A stretch of 64,000 bases of DNA. Origin: Patescibacteria group bacterium. GTDB taxonomy: Bacteria > Patescibacteriota > Patescibacteriia > JBAZBY01. Position numbers and translations under genes: made by a program. Below the pieces are notes generated by a model that searched no databases, was not told the origin of the DNA, and saw only the letters and a list, made by a program, of their open reading frames with translations. Below are positions 8,631 to 17,925 of the stretch, piece by piece; the first letter of the stretch is position 1, and each line of letters begins with the position of its first letter. The DNA lies in contig JBAZBY010000001.1 of assembly GCA_041671225.1 (NCBI GenBank), positions 366,940-430,939 on the forward strand. Direction: 5' to 3'.

Positions 8631-9149
8631 ATGGCCATGGAAAAGAAGATCCAATATAAGTTCCCCATAGAAGATGTTGTGGTGCTTGAGCAACGCCTTC
8701 AAGACAAGGGGATTACCTTAACCGATCCCGTTGCGCACGAGTATACATATTATGAACTCCCGAAAGCAGGGGGTGCATTCACCGTGCTCCGATTGAAGGT
8801 GTCGCAGGGCAAAGCAGCAGTTGATATGAAGATACGCAACGATGCGAATGGCGAATGGCAACACTTTGAATGCGCGGTTGACGATGCAGTACAGGTAGAT
8901 GCGATCCTTACGAACATCGGGTGCAAGAAGATCGTGACGTTCCACAAGACACGACGGACGAACATCGGCGACGTGCTTCGTTTGGATCTTGATTCCACAC
9001 CGGAAGCGGGTACGTTCCTTGAAGTGAAATTCTCCGCAGAGAAGCAGCACGAAGCAGAGGAACAGTTGCGCGCGGTCGGCATTGATCCTGGTACGCACGA
9101 CAAGAGGAGTGTGCTTGAGATTTATATGATGAAGAAGGGCAGTAGATAA
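8631..9149 (+). CDS. CYTH-domain protein (class IV adenylyl cyclase / triphosphatase fold)
   Basis: Size about 170 aa. N-terminal MEKKIQYKF (ExExK-like) and C-terminal LEVKFSAE beta-strand motifs. Confidence 0.5.
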   Translation: MAMEKKIQYKFPIEDVVVLEQRLQDKGITLTDPVAHEYTYYELPKAGGAFTVLRLKVSQGKAAVDMKIRNDANGEWQHFECAVDDAVQVDAILTNIGCKKIVTFHKTRRTNIGDVLRLDLDSTPEAGTFLEVKFSAEKQHEAEEQLRAVGIDPGTHDKRSVLEIYMMKKGSR

Positions 9150-9707
9150 TGGAACGCGACCCTTCGAGGCCCGCTTCGCGGGCGCCTCAGGGTGACAAAC
9201 GCCTGTCATGCTGAGGTGCGAGTTCCGGGCTTTGCCGGGACGAGCCTCGAAGCATAACGCATAGCTTTATGGAAAAAGAAGTCACAATTCCCACCCCCAA
9301 GACCAACAAGGTCATTTTTGGGAGTCTATGCGGAAGCGTGAAGTACTAGAGTTTCAACAAAAAAGAGGGGGGGCCGTTTCTCTGACGACCCCGGGTTGCA
9401 TTTGACTCACTTTTTGTCGAGGCTACAGATCGATGTGATCCATGATGTATGCCCCGATTATTCCTCTCACTGCCAACCGACACTGCTTCAGGAAGTCCCT
9501 GAAGCTGATGCATCCAAGGAACGACATGGGGCGGCCTCCTGTGCTCGGTGTTTTCGTACAGCACCCATCCATAGTGAACAGAAGATGATAGCGCAGTAAG
9601 AGGCTCTTGTCAATCCTTGGATGATATGCGGGATTGAAGTAAGGTTGGCTTCCCTTGGTTTTGTTTTACGTTCCCGCAGTGTTATATCAGTATGCTACAC
9701 TGCATCT

Positions 9708-10433
9708 ATGGAACGTGAACTCTCCATCCCAATCCCAAAAACAAAGATGCGCATTTACGGAAAGTTGCGCGGGAATTTGAATAAGCCGTTGATCATTCTT
9801 GTGCATGGTTTACATTCGAGCACGCACAGTCATCGGTATTACAATGCAGAGCGATATTTTAACGCAAGGGGGTATGCGACGTTTACGATTCGGTTATGTG
9901 GGAGCAAGAGCGAACAACGGAAGTTGCATCATACGACACTGAAGATAAACGCAGAGGATTTGGATACAGCAGTGAGATACTTCAAGAAACAAGGCGTCAA
10001 AAGAATCGCAGTGGTTGGCAGTAGTTATAGCGGTCCATCCATACTTCTCAGCGACACAGCAAAATTTTTTGCAATTATTCTTCTGGATCCGTCATATAAG
10101 CTTTCATTTCTTACGCAGTATCATACTCGATTTGTAAAAGAATTGAACGCATATCTTCTTCGTGGCTCAGATGACTACGTGATCGGGAAGAAGATGGTTG
10201 AGGAATCAGAGAATCTTGATTGGGATTCTTTGACAAGTGATCTTACAACGCCGTTACTTTTACTCATGGCGAGTAATGGTGCGCTTGATGCGGGAGGGCG
10301 GCAATATCTCAAAGAAGCAAAGGGACCAAAAAAGCTCATCACTATTTCACGCTCTGATCATGGGTTTAACCGTGAGGGGAATGCAGAACGCGTGTATGCG
10401 GAGAGTGCAAAGTGGCTAAAGAAATACATATGA
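9708..10433 (+). CDS. Alpha/beta-fold hydrolase (second paralog)
   Basis: LIILVHGLHSS and VVGSSYSGP (GxSxG). The ATG lies 6 nt after TGCTACACT. Confidence 0.65.
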   Translation: MERELSIPIPKTKMRIYGKLRGNLNKPLIILVHGLHSSTHSHRYYNAERYFNARGYATFTIRLCGSKSEQRKLHHTTLKINAEDLDTAVRYFKKQGVKRIAVVGSSYSGPSILLSDTAKFFAIILLDPSYKLSFLTQYHTRFVKELNAYLLRGSDDYVIGKKMVEESENLDWDSLTSDLTTPLLLLMASNGALDAGGRQYLKEAKGPKKLITISRSDHGFNREGNAERVYAESAKWLKKYI

Positions 10434-10845
10434 AGGATCTAGGAGAAAAGGCACTCTGCATTTTTTACACGCCAGACAAGCGTATTTTGTTGCAGGATAG
10501 GCGCGACAGAAGCAAGGTCGGTGAGGAGTGGGGATTCTTTGGTGGGAGCATTGAAGAAGGAGAAACACCGGAACAAGCGATGCTGCGCGAGATGCAGGAG
10601 GAGCTTGCATTTACCCCAACGGAATACACGTATATCGGTTTGTATCCGCACACCATTCCGGACTACGGATTTTTTACTGGCCATCTTTTCTTACACCAAT
10701 GCCAAATGTTGGTGTAGAGGCATTCACACAGCATGAAGGTCAGGGTATGGAATTATTTTCGGTCGCAGATGCTTGGAAACTCAAAATGGTTCCGGGCGAT
10801 GCAAATGAGTTAGGGATTATTGAAGCCGCGCTGAAGAAGATATAA
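10430..10845 (+). pseudogene. NUDIX hydrolase with an apparent +1 frameshift near 10690 (T-tracts)
   Basis: Nudix box GGSIEEGETPEQAMLREMQEELA is in frame 1 up to ...FTGHLFLHQCQMLV*. The C-terminal part VGVEAFTQHEGQGMELFSVADAWKLKMVPGDANELGIIEAALKKI continues in the +1 frame. Confidence 0.5.
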
Positions 10846-11004
10846 GAAGTCAGCCGATCTTAATAATTTTACACAAGCTCTTGACAAAGAGCCGATTTTG
10901 GTATAGGTTGTGATGCTCTTTGTACTGCACATATGGCTTTGGGGGTGCCGCACGGGCATACGCGTCAAAGTGAAATGTGAGTAGAAGAGCCGGAGGTTCA
11001 TTCC

Positions 11005-11358
11005 ATGTTGCGGTTGTTGCGCTTTACGACCAACGTGCCCGTTGGGGACATTTGGCTCCCCAACCTCGAGTCTTATGTCGCGAAGCTCGAGGAGTCCCCG
11101 GAGAAGATGGGCACGTTTGCGTGCCATCTCCTGGTGCGGGAGGGAACGAAGGCCACGCTCGAGGAGATAGCTGACCAAACGGTCAGTACGCTCCAGAAGC
11201 GCTTGGAACCCTTCAACGAGAGGATTCAGGTAACGCCGAGCCGGCTGGTGCATGTCAGCCCTGTGGCTGCCGATCTCTGGATGCAGGTCTCCATCCCCCC
11301 TGAGGATGAGGACGCTGCTCCGGCCGACGCCGGCGCCCCGCCCCCGAGCGGCACCTAG
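11005..11358 (+). CDS. Hypothetical protein in a GC-rich patch
   Basis: GGAGG lies 8 nt upstream of the ATG and a strong terminator follows. No family match. A 15-codon uORF with a leaderless-type start precedes it. Confidence 0.5.
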   Translation: MLRLLRFTTNVPVGDIWLPNLESYVAKLEESPEKMGTFACHLLVREGTKATLEEIADQTVSTLQKRLEPFNERIQVTPSRLVHVSPVAADLWMQVSIPPEDEDAAPADAGAPPPSGT

Positions 11359-11384
11359 TAGCCGCACGCACATCTCACGTTCGG

Positions 11385-11425
11385 GCCGGAACCACCTTTT
11401 AGGGGGTTCCGGCCATCGTTTTTGT
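11385..11425 (+). terminator. Rho-independent terminator
   Basis: Stem ggccggaacc/ggttccggcc followed by tttttgttt. Confidence 0.75.
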
Positions 11426-11475
11426 TTAGAAAAATCAGCAGTATGGTAGCGGAGGACTTTGTCTACCTCCTCTTC

Positions 11476-11504
11476 TTGACACCCCACAGGCGAAAATGTA
11501 TACT
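11476..11504 (+). promoter_or_regulatory. rRNA promoter TTGACA-N17-TATACT (with upstream TG)
   Basis: TTGACA at 11476-11481 and TATACT at 11499-11504, about 370 nt upstream of the 16S gene. The leader contains processing-type stems. Confidence 0.6.
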
Positions 11505-11871
11505 ACTCCCTGTTGATAATCTATTAAAAACCTGCGCGTCCGCCCATTTGGGCGAGATACGGCAGGCGGTAAGGAGACCAGTCCACTATCGGGCAAACAT
11601 ACCTCTACCATTCCGTACCTTAATCCCCGCATTGCGGGGGAGAAAAGACAGTAATTCCTCATCAAGTAATCATTGGGACTTACTGTTTTTTCTTCGCTCG
11701 AAAACGCGCAGACACGATCACGCGCGTTGAGCTCGAGAGAGAAATATGTGCATTGAAAAGTGAAATCGTGATAGGAACGACTATTCCGTCGATTCCAGAT
11801 TGTCCATCGTGGTCCGCCTTCGCTTCGCTTTGCGAAGCTATGGCGAGATAGTACGGACAATCGAAACATTA

Positions 11872-13353
<1,482 letters not shown>

Positions 13354-13540
13354 CTAGGGAGTCTCACGTCTCGCAAGAGATTGTGGACGCTTCAGCTCAC
13401 GCGGTGTGAGTGGAGCATCTGACCTAGGAGGTCGGGCGTTGTGCAGTATCATACGATACTGACAACGTTTCAGCATTCATAAATTTTATTTATGAAGGAC
13501 ACGAATCAAATCTATGGTCCGACGGAATAATTGTTTCCTA

Positions 13541-13812
13541 TCACGGTTTTACTCTTCAATGAGATAAAGCCCTCGTAAGAGGGTTTTATTGTTGATCGAA
13601 AGTAACCATAGCGTCCCGCCCCGCAAAGTCCTGAGGTTGCCGAAGGACGACGCGGGGTCACGGTTTTACTTCTCAATGACGATTGTCCTGCGAGAGCAGG
13701 ATTTTTCGTGTATATAATTTGTACCTCGTCTCGCCTCGCCGAAGCCCAAAGGGTGAAGGCGGATTACGGTTTTACTTCTCAATATCGAGAATCCCTCGCA
13801 AGAGGGATTTTT
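13541..13812 (+). repeat. Three tandem ~50-nt terminator modules in the 16S trailer
   Basis: The units begin at 13541, 13658 and 13764. Each has the box (c/t)ACGGTTTTACTYYTCAAT, then a GNRA-tetraloop hairpin (loops GTAA, GAGA, GCAA), then a U-tract. Confidence 0.7.
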
Positions 13813-13848
13813 GTTATACTATGGATGGTCTCATTTCCTGGAGGTACA

Positions 13849-14137
13849 CATGACCATGCTACTGAGCGATATCTGGGCACGTGTCCAGAATACGCTGCTC
13901 CTTGTCGCCATGTATTGCGCGGAATTTCTTCTCGTCGCGCTCATCGCCTTTATCGGCTACGGGTTGACCCGTCACTGGGCGGTCGCGTTTACTGGCGGGG
14001 TCGCCACGTACTGGTTGATCGGATATCTGAGCGATGCACAGGGTCTGTTCCTGAATTCAGTGCCTTGGACGTGGGAGAAGAACACTCGCAGGGCGTGGAT
14101 CTGGCCGTACTACGAGTGCAGAACGTTCTTTCGCTAG
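13849..14137 (+). CDS. Small 2-TM membrane protein (island ORF 1)
   Basis: GGAGG lies 5 nt upstream of the ATG. MTMLLSDIWARVQNTLLLVAMYCAEFLLVALIAFIGYGL... Confidence 0.55.
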
Positions 14138-14182
14138 CGAGCAAGGCTCGCCTCGCTCCCACCGCGCCTCCATTATTTCTTC

Positions 14183-14253
14183 GGGGACGGACAACAATGC
14201 ATCACGCATCTGCTGCCCGTCCCCGCCCACCCTCCCCCGCTGGGGATTTTTTG
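14183..14253 (+). repeat. Structured 3'-UTR / terminator element, copy A
   Basis: GGGGACGGACAACA-ATGCATCACGCAT-CTGCTGCCCGTCCCC followed by a hairpin and T6. It is homologous to 17355-17431. Confidence 0.65.
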
Positions 14254-14336
14254 TTTATCCTTGACACAACACTTTTTTTGTAGTAGCCTTGCACGTTCCT
14301 TCACACCTATAACCCAAACCCGGAAAGGAGTGCGTG

Positions 14337-14972
14337 ATGAACGACGAGGAACGCATAGCGATTAAAACCGCTAGCTATCATGACAATAGGCACGCCTACC
14401 GGGAGTTTCTTCTCGGCAATCGTGCAGAACGCGCCCTTTATGATGGCAAAACGGTTCTGGATCTTGGCTGCGGAATGCCGTGGCGTGCTCGTGCAGTTCG
14501 CGATGCTGGTATTCCTAGCACCGTGATCTCACTCGACCATCGGTGGCTGAATCTCTCTATCGGCCGGCGCCTTCCTGGAAGGGTGCTTGCTGAGGCCTCG
14601 GCGCTCCCATTTTCTGAAGCGACCTTCGATCTCGTATTCAGCCGTGGTGCACCGCCGTGCCTTGTTTGGACCGCTGAGGAATGCGAAGCGCAGTTTGCGG
14701 AACTGCTTCGTGTATTGAAACCGGACGGCTTCGCGATCATTCAGGCTCTGCTTGGCTTCATCGATCGGGAGTGTACCGATCAATGGCTGAGTGAGGGTTC
14801 TTCACGCAAGTCCGGCTATCGCTTCAATGACCCCAACAACCGTCGAGAGATCCTCGAGCGCTCGAATGCCTGGGTGCAGGAGCGGTTCAGTGCGGAGTAT
14901 ATCCGTGTTTTTCAACCGCATGCACCGAGGTGCCTCTCATGGAACTTCGGCGTCTGGATCCTTCGTAAGTAG
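14337..14972 (+). CDS. Class I SAM-dependent methyltransferase
   Basis: Motif I VLDLGCGMP, a post-I acidic residue and LKPDGFAII. GGAAAGGAG RBS upstream. Confidence 0.7.
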   Translation: MNDEERIAIKTASYHDNRHAYREFLLGNRAERALYDGKTVLDLGCGMPWRARAVRDAGIPSTVISLDHRWLNLSIGRRLPGRVLAEASALPFSEATFDLVFSRGAPPCLVWTAEECEAQFAELLRVLKPDGFAIIQALLGFIDRECTDQWLSEGSSRKSGYRFNDPNNRREILERSNAWVQERFSAEYIRVFQPHAPRCLSWNFGVWILRK

Positions 14973-15115
14973 CCCGTACCACCCTGGAGGAGTGGTGCGG
15001 GTTTTCTCATATCCTTTTTTCTTGACAGTACAACCCGAAGCAGATACCGTATCACCATTCGAAGGGTCGCACATTCCACCACGCTCATGCACGCATCACA
15101 GAAGGGAGAAGACAG

Positions 15116-15438
15116 TGCCAGCGAAACGTACGCCTCGCCGAAGCTTTCAGCTCCTTATCTGGAGACGTGAGGATGCTCTTGCCTGGAGGGAGCTTCCCGC
15201 GTCATCGTTGCACAAGGCCGTTGATATTGCACAGGCTCATGCCGCGCGGCACTTCCGGCGTTATCCGTTTATGCCGGTGCGCTGGACAGTTTTTCTTCTC
15301 ACAGGGAAGAAAGCAGCGAAGGATGTTGCCCGCGGGATCGTACGCGCGCCTGTCCGCAAGGGAAGGCCGACGCGCGATTTTTCCGTTCGCGTTGAGACGC
15401 TCATTTACAGCCAGGATATCATGCCCCCGCGGACATGA
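15116..15438 (+). CDS. Hypothetical basic protein (GTG start; island ORF 3)
   Basis: GAAGGGAG lies 7 nt upstream of the GTG. 107 aa, R/K-rich, no family match. Confidence 0.4.
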
Positions 15439-15531
15439 TGTCGCAGCGCGACTCGTTTGCAGGTTCACTGATGCGCGTGCAAGGGGTTCTCGCACGCGTT
15501 CTGCTCGTCGGGATAGACACACAGGAGGTGC

Positions 15532-15807
15532 ATGTTGGTTACTCTGCTGAATCTCCACATGGAAGCTTCTGGGCTTTCATGCCTGCGCTCGATCGAGGTG
15601 GAGGGTCCGCGTACTGTTGCGGAGCTTGCGCTCGCGGCGCAGCGTTCGGTTGAGGAGCGGTTTGGGGATATCCTGACTCCGGGTTCCAGGGTTTCCTGGC
15701 GGATCCACGCACTGGACTGTCCGGACGGCACGTGCCTCGGGTGTGGCATGTCGGACTTCGGCAAGGGCCAGCGCTGCAGGCACACGTTCTACCCCGCGGC
15801 CGCCTGA
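15532..15807 (+). CDS. Small Cys-rich protein (island ORF 4)
   Basis: GGAGG lies 4 nt upstream of the ATG. The C-terminus reads HALDCPDGTCLGCGMSDFGKGQRCRH. Confidence 0.45.
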   Translation: MLVTLLNLHMEASGLSCLRSIEVEGPRTVAELALAAQRSVEERFGDILTPGSRVSWRIHALDCPDGTCLGCGMSDFGKGQRCRHTFYPAAA

Positions 15808-15832
15808 AGGCACGTGGAGGAAGGAGGGGCAC

Positions 15833-16246
15833 ATGAAGAAGCTGTGTGAGGATGGGGAAGTTGTCGTCGAGGTTCGCAGCGAAGGCGGGAAGGGCCATGG
15901 GTTTCTCCTTCTTCTGAGCAAGAGGATGGGTCGTGGCAATTCCTGCAATCTCGCTGAGCATGTCGCGTGGATCATCGACAACATGCCCCGTTGGAAGACG
16001 AAGAGCTACGTGGTATGGACCATGCGCACCTCGATCGGTGGTATTCTCATCAGCGGGAAGCGGCATGTCCGCCGGAGCCCCAAGGGCAAGGTGCGTGTCA
16101 CGCACAACGTCACCTCCCCGGGCGGCGGGAGCAAGCTCGGTCTCACGCCGAAGAAGCCGCTCATTTCTTGCGTCGGCAGGCAGGATCTCATCGATCCAAA
16201 GCTCTTCATCGAGCGGCGCTTGCGCCGACTGAGGGGAAACCGCTAA
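15833..16246 (+). CDS. Hypothetical basic protein (island ORF 5)
   Basis: GGAGG lies 6 nt upstream of the ATG. 137 aa with no family match. Confidence 0.45.
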   Translation: MKKLCEDGEVVVEVRSEGGKGHGFLLLLSKRMGRGNSCNLAEHVAWIIDNMPRWKTKSYVVWTMRTSIGGILISGKRHVRRSPKGKVRVTHNVTSPGGGSKLGLTPKKPLISCVGRQDLIDPKLFIERRLRRLRGNR

Positions 16247-16324
16247 GCGGGAGGGAAAAGTTCTTGGGGAGGTCCGGCATTGCCAGGCCTCCCTCATTTA
16301 TTATATGGGGTTATTTTGTGTATA

Positions 16325-16353
16325 TTGACTTTTTTGACTACATATGGTATACT
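16325..16353 (+). promoter_or_regulatory. Near-consensus promoter TTGACT-N17-TGGTATACT
   Basis: TTGACT at 16325-16330 and an extended -10 TGGTATACT at 16345-16353. It drives the ORF at 16437, which has a GGGAGG RBS. Confidence 0.6.
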
Positions 16354-16436
16354 ATAATGTTCGGCTACAAGAGCGTCTTGTGGGCATGAACGTGGTTTGG
16401 ACCTTGAAAACTCAAAAACATGGGAGGTAAAAGACC

Positions 16437-16817
16437 ATGTTGTACTGGATGCGGTTTTTGTCGCTCTCACTCGCCTTCGGTTCAATCGGTCTCACCGCGT
16501 CGAACATGCCCATCTGGGCGTGTCTCGCCGCCGTTTTGGCACTTACCCTCACCGTGGACCAGTTCTGGTTCGCGGTTCGCAAGGAAGGATTTTTCTTCAC
16601 AATGTTCGGCCCTCGCGAGATGTGGAGACTCATCTGTGAGTCCGGACGCTTCAGCTTGCGCGGCTTCCATCTTCTCTCGGCCACTGCGCATGTTTCTCTC
16701 GTGGTGTGTGTTGCTGGGATCACCATCCTCAACACACTGCCCCCCGCGTTCTCCATGGTCGAACCCCTCGTTCGGCCGTGGGTTGAGAAGTCACCCTTCA
16801 TCGCCGGCCTCTTCTAA
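16437..16817 (+). CDS. Membrane protein (island ORF 6)
   Basis: GGGAGG RBS and three to four TM helices. Confidence 0.55.
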   Translation: MLYWMRFLSLSLAFGSIGLTASNMPIWACLAAVLALTLTVDQFWFAVRKEGFFFTMFGPREMWRLICESGRFSLRGFHLLSATAHVSLVVCVAGITILNTLPPAFSMVEPLVRPWVEKSPFIAGLF

Positions 16818-16841
16818 AGAGCGCTGGGAAAGGAAAGAACG

Positions 16842-17303
16842 ATGAACATCCTGCAGATTCGTGAATTACTCCGTGTGAACCTCACCTACATCACCATCAT
16901 GCGGGCCGAGGTTCGCATGTTCGATTGGCAGGGGATCCTCTCCTGCCTTCTGGGCTGGTTCGCTCTGGTAAAGTGCCAGACTGCGAACGACGCCTGGGGC
17001 CTCCTCGGGGTCGCTGCTTTCCTTCTCATGCTGCGGGCGCTCTTCTCGCTCGCCGAGAAGTTCGACATCCTCGAGTACACCCGCGACCAGACACAGGAGG
17101 TTATCACTAGCCTGAAGGAAGCAGAGGGATTCAAGCCCTCTTTGTCCCTTTGGACGTCCGTACTCCCCTACGAGATGAAGGGGAACATACTCACGAGTAA
17201 GGCGAGACATAACTCCGACCTTGCTTTCTACATCATCTCCGCCTTGGCCACACTCTGGGCCAGCTATGAGGGCATCTCCTGGTTTGTCTGGTACGTGTTT
17301 TGA
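16842..17303 (+). CDS. Membrane protein (island ORF 7)
   Basis: RBS GGAAAGGAAAG. Hydrophobic segments and a W-rich C-terminus. Confidence 0.5.
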   Translation: MNILQIRELLRVNLTYITIMRAEVRMFDWQGILSCLLGWFALVKCQTANDAWGLLGVAAFLLMLRALFSLAEKFDILEYTRDQTQEVITSLKEAEGFKPSLSLWTSVLPYEMKGNILTSKARHNSDLAFYIISALATLWASYEGISWFVWYVF

Positions 17304-17354
17304 GCCATCCCCTCTGAGACTGTGCCGCCATTCGCACCTTCCGCCGCTCTTACG

Positions 17355-17431
17355 AGGGACGGACAACAGCGCATCCTGCGTCTGCTGTCCGTCCCCACTC
17401 ACCTTCCCGTATCACATCGGGAATTTTTTTT
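17355..17431 (+). repeat. Structured 3'-UTR / terminator element, copy B
   Basis: GAGGGACGGACAACA-GCGCATCCTGCGT-CTGCTGTCCGTCCCC followed by a hairpin and T8. The inner stem shows a compensatory T-A to C-G change relative to copy A. Confidence 0.65.
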
Positions 17432-17579
17432 ATAAAAAAGGAGGATCCCATATTCTGACGGATGTAATCCTATTGCTGTGGTTCAAGCGATCAGCGCTTG
17501 CGCCACACGTGGCTTTCTGGTACATTTCCGCTGTTCTGCATCGGAACGATGCCTTTTTCAGTCAGTCAGCAGAATATTT

Positions 17580-17656
17580 GGGCGATTAGCTCAGGTGGTT
17601 AGAGCGCAGCACTGATAATGCTGAGGTCCCAGGTTCGAGTCCTGGATCGCCCACCA
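17580..17656 (+). tRNA. tRNA-Ile (anticodon GAT)
   Basis: Cloverleaf parsed by hand. Anticodon loop CTGATAA and an encoded CCA end. Confidence 0.9.
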
Positions 17657-17850
17657 TCGGTCGATGATGTATAAGACTTTAAGGGGTCCCCGCAAACGGG
17701 GTGCGCAGGGCGAGTAGCTGCTCACGAGTGTAGCGAGTGAGCAGCGTGAAGCGAGCCCGAGCACACGTTTGTGGGGTAGAGCGAGGATTCGCGCGAAAGC
17801 TGAAGTGAGCGAGATTATGAGCTCATGGAAGCTGTAGCGCGAAACGACGC

Positions 17851-17925
17851 GCCGCGGTAGCTCAGTGGTAGAGCGCGGGCCTGAAGAGCCCGGCGTCGAC
17901 AGTTCGATTCTGTCCCGCGGCACCA
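17851..17925 (+). tRNA. tRNA-Phe (anticodon GAA)
   Basis: Acceptor GCCGCGG/CCGCGGC. Anticodon loop CTGAAGA and an encoded CCA end. Confidence 0.85.

Noticed and set aside
9346-9599. Two overlapping short ORFs (72 and 67 aa) in the 9150-9707 intergenic region
   Set aside because: They have no RBS or promoter context and sit on opposite strands overlapping each other. The region is better explained as structured non-coding DNA.
10810-11487. 225-aa minus-strand ORF
   Set aside because: It is antisense to the RBS-supported 11005-11358 ORF and spans the terminator and rRNA promoter. Its R/G/L-rich composition is typical of a GC-rich antisense frame.
13541-13812. Possible CRISPR array (three spaced repeats after the 16S gene)
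   Set aside because: The conserved part is an 18-nt box followed by different hairpins and U-tracts, not identical 25-40-nt repeats separated by unique spacers. There are no cas genes in the window. The pattern fits terminator modules.
15539-16297. 252-aa minus-strand ORF and other long ORFs (15202-15558, 15577-15984, 15967-16389) in the island
   Set aside because: They are P/R/A-rich low-complexity translations with no RBS. They overlap plus-strand ORFs that do have strong SD sequences. Long spurious ORFs are expected in ~60% GC DNA.
17095-17125. SRP-RNA-like GAAGGAAGCAG motif
   Set aside because: It lies inside a coding ORF (16842-17303). It lacks the flanking symmetric-loop helix of SRP RNA domain IV, so it is a chance match.
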